A stretch of 32,000 bases of DNA from Bacteroidales bacterium (GTDB taxonomy: Bacteria > Bacteroidota > Bacteroidia > Bacteroidales > UBA932): positions 5,461-37,460 of the forward strand of contig JAGCXP010000065.1 in assembly GCA_017961345.1 (NCBI GenBank). The letters run 5' to 3'. Shown here in pieces: positions 25,613 through 32,000 of this stretch. The notes under the pieces are model-generated. The model was given only the letters and a program-made list of their open reading frames with translations. It had not been told where the DNA came from and did not search any database. Numbering within the stretch: the first letter of the stretch is position 1; every line of letters begins with the position of its first letter. The translations under genes and the position numbers were made by a program.

Positions 25613-25694
25613 AGCGCTTTAAAATAAAATGTGTTACTCAGTCTCCACAGGAGACCCCATTGCACCAAAAGTCACAGGGACTTTTAAGCGGTTG

Positions 25695-25702
25695 CAAATA
25701 TA
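25695..25702 (-). promoter_or_regulatory. -7 box TATATTTG for the rplY-pth operon
   Basis: Exact TAnnTTTG match on the minus strand, 82 nt upstream of the L25 ATG (25612). Confidence 0.55.
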
Positions 25703-25728
25703 CGGATAATTTTGGAAACTCCAAGCAG

Positions 25729-26814
25729 TTACTCTGCGGCGGAGGCCGCTTTGGCCGCTTCCCGCTCGGCTTTCTGCTTCTCGGAAATCGCCTTGTGATA
25801 CTCCTTGGAGAATTGCTGGTGCTCCGAATAGGTGGAAGTAAAGCGGTTCGTTCCGTCGAAGGCGGGATTGGCACTGAAATACAGGTAATTCCCCTCGGCC
25901 GGATTGAGCACCGCGTCGATACAGGCCTTGGGCGGCACGCAGATCGGTCCGGGCGGCAGTCCTTCATACATATAAGTATTATAAGGAGAGTCGTTCTTCA
26001 AATGCGAGCGCAGCACCCGGGTAATCTTGTAGTCATAGATATAGCAGATGGTCGGGCAGGCCTGGAGTTTCATGTGCTTGTGAAGGCGGTTCAGATACAC
26101 CCGCGCCACATACGGGTATTCGTCGCGGCGGTTGGTCTCCCCGGCCACGATGGAGGCCAGAATGGAGACCTCCAGGGGCGTAAGGCCCTGCTGCCGGGCT
26201 TTCTTGATACGGTTTTCGTTCCAGAAGGCCTCGTACTCGACGTAGAAACGCTTGAGAATCTCGTACGGGGTGGCGTTCCAATACATTTCGTAGGTATCGG
26301 GCAGCACCATGCTGAAGACATTGCCGGAATGGAAGCCGAACTGGCCGAGGTAGCCGTCGTCATTGAGGGCATCGGCTATCTGGGTGGAATCCACCATCAT
26401 CTGGGCGGCAATCTTGGAAGCCAGCACCCCTTTGGTGCGGATGGTACCGGAAATCGTGAGCCGGCAGGGACGCTGCCAGCCGCGCTTGATCATCCGGGCC
26501 ACCTCGATACTGGACTGCTCTTTCTTGATTTCATAGCGGCCTTCGCGGATCTGATGGGCCATATCCTCTTTGCGGAAGGCCCGCTCGAGGCTGCGGATGC
26601 TCTTGACCAGCGTATCCCCCCGGAAGCGGTCCAGGAGCTGGTCCGCCGTCGTGGTGTCGTTGATGAAAATAATGAAATCTCCCCGGAAGTTGGACATCCG
26701 GTTGTCGCGGATATAGACGGTCGTCATAATCAGGATAGCCATGACAATTAACATGGATACCCCAATTACAATACGCACCCACCTGGGATATTTCGGATGT
26801 CGCGCGCGAGCCAT
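25729..26814 (-). CDS. mltG: endolytic murein transglycosylase MltG (YceG-like)
   Basis: 361 aa with an N-terminal TM helix. YceG-type motifs: LASIVAGETNRRDEYPYVARVYLNRL, SPYNTYMYEGLPPGPICVP, YLYFSANPAFDGTNRFTSTYSEH. Starts 1 nt after the upstream gene stop. Confidence 0.88.
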   Translation of the reverse strand: MARARHPKYPRWVRIVIGVSMLIVMAILIMTTVYIRDNRMSNFRGDFIIFINDTTTADQLLDRFRGDTLVKSIRSLERAFRKEDMAHQIREGRYEIKKEQSSIEVARMIKRGWQRPCRLTISGTIRTKGVLASKIAAQMMVDSTQIADALNDDGYLGQFGFHSGNVFSMVLPDTYEMYWNATPYEILKRFYVEYEAFWNENRIKKARQQGLTPLEVSILASIVAGETNRRDEYPYVARVYLNRLHKHMKLQACPTICYIYDYKITRVLRSHLKNDSPYNTYMYEGLPPGPICVPPKACIDAVLNPAEGNYLYFSANPAFDGTNRFTSTYSEHQQFSKEYHKAISEKQKAEREAAKAASAAE

Positions 26815-26815
26815 C

Positions 26816-27808
26816 TTACCTGAGTTTGATCACGTCCCCTTCCGCCAGGAAATAATTCTCGCCAAAAGAGTTGCGTTTGCGGATGCTGTCGAGGGTCACA
26901 CCGTAGCGCTGGGCAATCTCCCAGAGCGTTTCGTCGGCGGACTCGACGACGTGCTTGTCCAGACCCCGCGCCGTCTTTCTTTTCTTGGCGTGGATATAGA
27001 CCACTTCGCCCGGAACGGGCTGGCGGGAACCTTTCTTCAGGTCGTTGAAGCGGTAGATTTCCCGCACGAAGAGGTTGAAGGACTCGGCGATGTCCTCATA
27101 GGTCTCCCCCTCCATCGCATAGACGAAGGGAACGCCGTTCTTGGCATAGATGCTGCGGCTGAGTGAGAAAGTAATCTCCCCGGGATTTTCCACACGGGTA
27201 GCCTCCTCCAGCTTGAGGGGCGGCCAGGGAACGCCCTGCGCCACGGCTTCCTTGTCGGCCTTCTTCTTTTCTTCGGAAGGCGGCGTACTCTCCAGCCCCG
27301 CGTCTCCGGGCTGCATCGTGTCGAAACGCTGGAGGTTGTAGCGCTCGATCAGTTCGATCAGCTTGGTCGGATAGGCCGGGTCGGTCGCGTAGCCGGCTTT
27401 CTTGAGGCCATAGGCCCAGCTCTTATAGTCGGTCAGCGGATAGTCGAAGAGGTATTTGTAGCGGTCGCGGTAGCGGAGGAAATCTGAATGATCGCGATAC
27501 GACTCCTCGGCGTGGGCGTATTTGCGGAAACATTCCTTCTTGCGGTCGTCGTCGTAACGCATCGAAGGGCCTTTCCAGTCGCGGTGGCACTTGATGCCGA
27601 AATGGTTGTTGCCCTTGGTGGCGAGTTCGGACTGCCCGGCATTGGATTCAAGCAGGCCCTGGGCCAGGGTAATGCTGGCGGGAATACCGCTCCGGTACAT
27701 CTCCGAAACGGCCACCGAAGCATATTGACGGATATAGGCGTCCTGCGGCGTGGTGCCTGAAAGCAGCGCAAAAACAAAGGCCAGCAGGAAGAGCATTCTC
27801 TTTCTCAT
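26816..27808 (-). CDS. exported GH73-type N-acetylglucosaminidase with two C-terminal LysM domains
   Basis: Signal peptide MRKRMLFLLAFVFALLSG. Glucosaminidase core SITLAQGLLESNAGQSELATKGNNHFGIK...GYATDPAYPTKLIELI. Two LysM-like repeats (YAMEGETYEDIAESFNLFVREIYRFNDL and HVVESADETLWEIAQRYGVTLDSIRKRN). Confidence 0.85.
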   Translation of the reverse strand: MRKRMLFLLAFVFALLSGTTPQDAYIRQYASVAVSEMYRSGIPASITLAQGLLESNAGQSELATKGNNHFGIKCHRDWKGPSMRYDDDRKKECFRKYAHAEESYRDHSDFLRYRDRYKYLFDYPLTDYKSWAYGLKKAGYATDPAYPTKLIELIERYNLQRFDTMQPGDAGLESTPPSEEKKKADKEAVAQGVPWPPLKLEEATRVENPGEITFSLSRSIYAKNGVPFVYAMEGETYEDIAESFNLFVREIYRFNDLKKGSRQPVPGEVVYIHAKKRKTARGLDKHVVESADETLWEIAQRYGVTLDSIRKRNSFGENYFLAEGDVIKLR

Positions 27809-27812
27809 ACTG

Positions 27813-27820
27813 CAAAGATA
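27813..27820 (-). promoter_or_regulatory. -7 box TATCTTTG for the GH73/LysM-mltG operon
   Basis: Exact match only 4 nt upstream of the ATG at 27808, which would give a leaderless or near-leaderless mRNA. It lies downstream of the rpsA terminator. Confidence 0.5.
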
Positions 27821-27843
27821 AGAAATATTTGCGAAAGCGATAC

Positions 27844-27873
27844 GAAAAAGGGCTGACCCTGCGGCCAGCCCTT
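27844..27873 (-). terminator. rho-independent terminator of rpsA
   Basis: Stem AAGGGCTGACC / GGCCAGCCCTT (10 of 11 bp), loop CTGC, followed on the minus strand by TTTTT. It lies about 20 nt after the rpsA stop. Confidence 0.7.
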
Positions 27874-27894
27874 CTTCCTTATGGTTTGCAAATT

Positions 27895-29733
27895 CTATTC
27901 GCCTTTCTCGAGTTTTTCCTTGAGTGCGGCGAGGGCGTAGATGTCGCCGAGGGTGGTCTTCTCAACATTGTTGTTGATCATCTTGACCGCCTTGTCGGTG
28001 GAAGCGCTCTCGGAAGCGGCTTTCTCGGCCTTCTTCTCAGGAGAAGCATAGGTCTTCACGTGGGAGAGGGTCGCCGTCTTGGCCTGCTTGCGCAGACCGA
28101 CCACCTTGAAGGAGAGGGTCTCGCCGGCGGCAGGGGTGCTGCCGTCTTCCTTCACGAGGTCTTTCGCGGAGCAGACACCGTCGATGCCGTCGAGGGCCAC
28201 CTTGGCGTTGCCTTTCTCGTCGATGGAGGTAATGGCGGCCTCAATCGTGTTGCCGACACCGTACTTGGACTCGATTTCGTCCCAAGGGTTCGGGAGAAGC
28301 TGCTTGTGACCGAGGGAGAGTTTGCGGTTCGCCTCGTCAAAGTCGAGGATGACGACTTCAATCTTCTCGCCGCTCTTGACCAGGTCGGAAGGATGGGCGG
28401 GCTTGGTCCAGGAGAGGTCTCCGGTGTGGATCAGGCCTTCGACACCTTCTTCGAGTTCGGCGAAGACACCGAAGTTGGTCACGTTGCGCACGAGGGCTTC
28501 GTGCTTGCTGCCGACGGGATATTTCTCGCGGATGCTGTCCCAAGGGTTGGGGGTCAGCTGCTTCAGGCCGAGAGACATCTTCTTCTCTTCGCGGTCGAGG
28601 GTGAGGATCTGGGCCTCCACCTCGTCACCGACCTTGAGGAAGTCCTGGGCAATGCGAAGACGGGGGCTCCAGCTCATTTCAGAGACATGGATCAGGCCTT
28701 CGACACCCGGCTCAATCTCAACGAAAGCGCCGTAGTCGGCGATGAGCACCACTTTGCCCTTCACCTTGTCACCCACCTTGAGGTCGGGATCCAGCGCGGA
28801 CCAGGGATGAGGAGTAAGCTGTTTGAGGCCGAGGGCGATACGCTTCTTGGTCTCGTCGAAGTTCAGGATCACGACATTGATCTTCTGATCGAGGGCGACC
28901 ACCTCTTCGGGATGGTTGATACGTCCCCAGCTGAGGTCGGTGATATGGATGAGACCGTCCACACCGCCCAGGTCGACGAACACGCCGTAGTTGGTGATGT
29001 TCTTGACGGTACCTTCGAGCACCTGTCCCTTCTCGAGTTTGCCGATGATTTCGCTCTTCTGGGCTTCCAGCTCGGCCTCGATGAGGGCCTTGTGGGAAAC
29101 GACCACGTTGCGGAATTCGGGGTTGATCTTGACGATCTTGAAGTCCATGGTGGTGTCCACGAACTGATCGTAGTCGCGGATGGGCTTGACGTCGATCTGG
29201 CTGCCGGGGAGGAAGGCCTCGATACCGAACACGTCGACGATCATACCGCCCTTGGTGCGGGTCTTGACATAACCCTTGACGATTTCGTCCTTGTTGAACG
29301 CGTCATTGACCATATCCCAGGAACGAAGCTGACGGGCTTTCTTGCGGGAAAGGATGAGCTGACCTTTGCGGTCCTCGGTGTTCTCGACAAAGACTTCCAC
29401 CTTGTCGCCGACCTGGAGGTCGCCGTCGAAGCGGAATTCGGGGGCCATGATGACACCCTCGCTCTTGTAGCCGATGTTGACGACCACCTCGCGTTTGTTG
29501 ATGGCGGTCACGGTGCCTTCTACGACCTCACCTGCCTGCACTTTGGACAGGGTCTGGGCGTACTGCTCTTCCACGGCGCTCTTGTCGCCGTAGTCTTCTT
29601 CGTTCTCGAAAGCGTCCCAGTCAAAATCCTCGGGAGCGACGGACTTGTTGGAGACGGCCTTCGCGGGTTCTTCTACTGCAAGGGGAGCCTCCATGACGGG
29701 CGCTTCCTCTGCAATGATGTTGTTTTCTTCCAT
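27895..29733 (-). CDS. rpsA: 30S ribosomal protein S1
   Basis: 612 aa with six tandem S1/OB repeats (G.VVEGTV..., GQVLEGTVKNITNYGVFVDLGGVDGLIHITD, GDKVKGKVVLIADYGAFVEI..GVEGLIHVSE and so on). Acidic N-terminal extension typical of Bacteroidota S1. Confidence 0.95.
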   Translation of the reverse strand: MEENNIIAEEAPVMEAPLAVEEPAKAVSNKSVAPEDFDWDAFENEEDYGDKSAVEEQYAQTLSKVQAGEVVEGTVTAINKREVVVNIGYKSEGVIMAPEFRFDGDLQVGDKVEVFVENTEDRKGQLILSRKKARQLRSWDMVNDAFNKDEIVKGYVKTRTKGGMIVDVFGIEAFLPGSQIDVKPIRDYDQFVDTTMDFKIVKINPEFRNVVVSHKALIEAELEAQKSEIIGKLEKGQVLEGTVKNITNYGVFVDLGGVDGLIHITDLSWGRINHPEEVVALDQKINVVILNFDETKKRIALGLKQLTPHPWSALDPDLKVGDKVKGKVVLIADYGAFVEIEPGVEGLIHVSEMSWSPRLRIAQDFLKVGDEVEAQILTLDREEKKMSLGLKQLTPNPWDSIREKYPVGSKHEALVRNVTNFGVFAELEEGVEGLIHTGDLSWTKPAHPSDLVKSGEKIEVVILDFDEANRKLSLGHKQLLPNPWDEIESKYGVGNTIEAAITSIDEKGNAKVALDGIDGVCSAKDLVKEDGSTPAAGETLSFKVVGLRKQAKTATLSHVKTYASPEKKAEKAASESASTDKAVKMINNNVEKTTLGDIYALAALKEKLEKGE

Positions 29734-29740
29734 AAAAAAA

Positions 29741-29766
29741 GGTTAAACAAACTAGTGGGTTAAACA
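29741..29766 (-). repeat. leader motif copies 2 and 3 in the rpsA 5' UTR
   Basis: The exact 14-mer tagtgggttaaaca at 29753-29766 is identical to 24334-24347. A second core copy, ggttaaacaaa at 29741-29751, is identical to 24339-24349. Both lie 7-33 nt upstream of the rpsA ATG. Confidence 0.6.
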
Positions 29767-29809
29767 TTATGTCTTGCATTTTCTGCGCATAACGCGCACG
29801 AAAAGCCCG

Positions 29810-29817
29810 CAAAGATA
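29810..29817 (-). promoter_or_regulatory. -7 box TATCTTTG for rpsA
   Basis: The reverse complement of caaagata is an exact TAnnTTTG match about 76 nt upstream of the rpsA ATG (29733). This leaves a ~70-nt AU-rich leader. Confidence 0.6.
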
Positions 29818-29848
29818 GCAAAAATTTTTTAGTTTGCAGATAGTTTGC

Positions 29849-29856
29849 TACTTTTG
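29849..29856 (+). promoter_or_regulatory. -7 box TACTTTTG for the deoxynucleoside kinase gene
   Basis: Exact TAnnTTTG match 24 nt upstream of the ATG at 29881. Confidence 0.55.
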
Positions 29857-29880
29857 TAAGAAATTTAAGCAGACGAGTTT

Positions 29881-30501
29881 ATGCACATCGCCATCGCTGG
29901 AAATATCGGCAGCGGGAAAACCACGCTCACCAAGATGCTTGCCGCCCGTTTCGGCTGGGTGCCCAGGTATGAATCGGTGGACTACAACCCCTACCTCTCC
30001 GATTTCTACGAGGACATGGAGCGCTGGTCTTTCAACCTTCAGATCTACTTTCTCAACAAGCGTTTCAAGGACGTGCTGGAGATTGCCGCGAGCGAAGACA
30101 TCATCGTCCAGGACCGCACCATCTACGAGGACGCGCGCATCTTTGCGCCCAACCTCCACGCGATGGGCCTGATGAGCAGCCGCGACTACGAGTCCTACAG
30201 CGAACTCTTCGACATGATGATGAGCCTGGTGAAGGCGCCCGATCTGCTGGTCTATCTGCGTTCTTCCATCCCCAACCTCGTCGCCCAGATCCAAAAACGC
30301 GGACGCGAGTTCGAAAAGAACATCCGCATCGATTACCTCAAGGGGCTCAACGCCCGTTACGAAGAATGGATTGAGCACTATCCCGAACGCCTGCTGGTCG
30401 TGGACGTGGACGAGTGCCGCTTCGAAGAAGACCCGAAGGCCTTCGCGAGCCTGACGGGACAGATTGAGGAGGCCCTCAAAGACAAATTAGGCGCGCTGTA
30501 A
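29881..30501 (+). CDS. deoxynucleoside kinase (dAK/dGK/dCK family)
   Basis: 206 aa. P-loop IAIAGNIGSGKTTL, NPYLSDFYEDMERWSFNLQIYFL, and DRTIYED (DRS/ERS-type motif). Confidence 0.88.
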   Translation: MHIAIAGNIGSGKTTLTKMLAARFGWVPRYESVDYNPYLSDFYEDMERWSFNLQIYFLNKRFKDVLEIAASEDIIVQDRTIYEDARIFAPNLHAMGLMSSRDYESYSELFDMMMSLVKAPDLLVYLRSSIPNLVAQIQKRGREFEKNIRIDYLKGLNARYEEWIEHYPERLLVVDVDECRFEEDPKAFASLTGQIEEALKDKLGAL

Positions 30502-30517
30502 AGCACGCCATTTTTTT
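30490..30517 (+). terminator. possible terminator of the deoxynucleoside kinase gene, enclosing its stop codon
   Basis: Stem GGCGCG / CACGCC (5 of 6 bp), an 8-nt loop containing the TAA stop, then A plus T7. The T-tract overlaps the stop codon of the convergent GNAT-like gene. Confidence 0.4.
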
Positions 30518-31643
30518 ACAACGCCTTGCCGTAGACGCGGCGGCGCTTGTGAATCTTCGCGCTGAAATAACTCCAGAGATTCTGGACGGCGGCGTTGGTT
30601 TCGAGTTCGGGATTGGACTCCGCCCATTTGAAACCGCGTTCCTTGAGGCGAGGATACAAATCACTGAAAATCAAGGCGGGAACACCCTGGCCACGCAGGT
30701 CCTTGCGCACGGCGATAATCAACATGTCCACCACCTCGGTCCTGTGGTTCTTGAGGGCCTGGAGCAAATGCCACCAGCCGGTGGGCAGATAATGGCCGTC
30801 CGCCTTCTGGAGGGCCCTGCTGATAGAGGGAATCATCACGCCGAAGCCCACGATTTCCTCCACGTCGTCCACGATGAAGGACACCAGGCCGAGGTCGATC
30901 AGCACCATGTAATTGTCCACATACTGCTTGATCTGGCCTTCGGACAGGCGGGAGAAGCCGTAGAGTTCGGAGTAGGTATTGTTGACCAGGTTGAAGAGCT
31001 TGTGGCCCACGTTGAAACGACGGATTTCCTGACGGGTGTAGTGGCGGGAACGCAGATGGTATTTTTCCATCAGCATCTTGGAATGCCGCACATAACGCTC
31101 GGGAAGGACGTCCGGCAGTTCGATTTTGTACTCCACCCAGTCGGTCTGCTTGGCATAGCCCAGGGCTTCCAGATGGTCCTTGTAATAGGGGTGGTTGTAA
31201 ATCGTGGACATCGTGCCGAGTTGGTCAAAGCCCTCGATCAGCATGCCTTCCGGATCGAAATCCGTAAAGCCCATCGGCCCTTCGATAAAGTCGCAGCCGC
31301 GCTCCCTCCCCCATTCGGAGACGGCCTCCAAAAGGGCGGCGGACACTTCCCGGTCGTCGATGAAATCAATCCAGCCGAAACGCACGCTGTTGCGCTGCCA
31401 GGTCTCAATGGCCCGGGGATTGTAGATGGCGGCCACGCGTCCAACCAGTTTCCCGTCCTTGTAGGCAAGGAAATAATCGGCGTCACAGAACTCGAAAGAG
31501 GCGTTTTCCTTTTTATTGAGATTCTTGACCTCATCGCGGATCAGCGAGGGGACATAGTAGGGATTTTTCCGGTACAGTTCGTTGGGGAAGGCGGCAAAAC
31601 GCTTCAAATCCATCCGGGAGGAGACTTTTTCGACAGTGACCAT
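30516..31643 (-). CDS. GNAT-like acyltransferase of unknown specificity (~375-aa family)
   Basis: The N-terminus MVTVEKVSSRMDLKRFAAFPNELYRKNPYYVPSLIRDEV...FLAYKDGKLVGRVAAIYN resembles a widespread uncharacterised N-acetyltransferase-like family. The acetyl-CoA-binding-like segment is IAVRKDLRGQGVPALIF. Confidence 0.6.
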   Translation of the reverse strand: MVTVEKVSSRMDLKRFAAFPNELYRKNPYYVPSLIRDEVKNLNKKENASFEFCDADYFLAYKDGKLVGRVAAIYNPRAIETWQRNSVRFGWIDFIDDREVSAALLEAVSEWGRERGCDFIEGPMGFTDFDPEGMLIEGFDQLGTMSTIYNHPYYKDHLEALGYAKQTDWVEYKIELPDVLPERYVRHSKMLMEKYHLRSRHYTRQEIRRFNVGHKLFNLVNNTYSELYGFSRLSEGQIKQYVDNYMVLIDLGLVSFIVDDVEEIVGFGVMIPSISRALQKADGHYLPTGWWHLLQALKNHRTEVVDMLIIAVRKDLRGQGVPALIFSDLYPRLKERGFKWAESNPELETNAAVQNLWSYFSAKIHKRRRVYGKAL

Positions 31644-31650
31644 AGTACGC

Positions 31651-31688
31651 TAAAAAAATGTGCCGCGAACCTTGCGGAACGCGGCACA
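31651..31688 (-). terminator. rho-independent terminator of gap
   Basis: Stem TGTGCCGCG / CGCGGCACA (9 bp, 31659-31667 and 31680-31688), followed on the minus strand by T7 (31652-31658). Confidence 0.7.
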
Positions 31689-31694
31689 AATATA
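31687..31694 (-). promoter_or_regulatory. -7 box TATATTTG upstream of the GNAT-like gene, overlapping the gap terminator stem
   Basis: Exact TAnnTTTG match on the minus strand, 43 nt upstream of the ATG at 31643. Its last 2 nt are the first 2 nt of the terminator hairpin. Confidence 0.45.
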
Positions 31695-31709
31695 AGAAAT
31701 AAATTGGAA

Positions 31710-32000
<291 letters not shown>

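Noticed and set aside
25640-25658. Short hairpin GGTCTCC-TGT-GGAGACT (as read on the minus strand) in the L25 (rplY) leader
   Set aside because: It is only a 6-7 bp stem with a 3-nt loop and has no T-tract. It is too small to call a regulatory RNA without conservation data. Noted only as a possible leader structure.
27829-29763. 644-aa plus-strand ORF
   Set aside because: It is exactly antisense to rpsA. Its D/G/V/L/H-rich translation is typical of the reverse frame of a GC-rich, GAx/GTx-codon-rich gene. There is no start context.
29767-29792. Seven-codon mini-ORFs on both strands in the rpsA/dNK spacer (minus MRRKCKT at 29767-29790; plus MSCIFCA at 29769-29792)
   Set aside because: They arise from a short quasi-palindromic atg...cat arrangement. 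They are too short, and without conservation evidence I cannot propose them as uORFs.

Overview
Dense chromosomal core region of a GC-rich Bacteroidota genome. It looks Bacteroidales-like, possibly Rikenellaceae/Alistipes-type; that placement is inference from gene content, promoter type and composition only. I support 27 protein-coding genes, two of them truncated by the window edges. One of the 27 is a 57-aa histone-H1-like gene missing from the ORF track. Most genes are housekeeping: queA, xerD, dprA, tyrS-rbfA-FtsX-like permease, tpiA, pth, L25, mltG, GH73/LysM muramidase, rpsA, a deoxynucleoside kinase and gap. There are also three exported peptidases: an M49 DPP III, a C11 clostripain-like enzyme and an M6 InhA-like enzyme. 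Exact matches to the Bacteroides-type -7 promoter box TAnnTTTG sit in front of eight transcription units. Several hairpin plus T-tract terminators are visible. I found no rRNA, tRNA, CRISPR array, IS element or prophage signature. The least ordinary part is a ~10 kb, six-gene, translationally coupled minus-strand operon (483-10663). It encodes a large outer-membrane beta-barrel, a three-domain NTase-like/TMK-like/choline-kinase-like protein, an 821-aa fusion of two GT-B glycosyltransferases, RfbA, RfbB and a classical SDR. It has no flippase, polymerase, initiating transferase or Wza/Wzc-type export genes. I read it as a non-canonical, probably uncharacterised envelope glycoconjugate or phospho-glycan module. 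Many long ORFs in the track are antisense artefacts of GC-rich coding DNA and are rejected.
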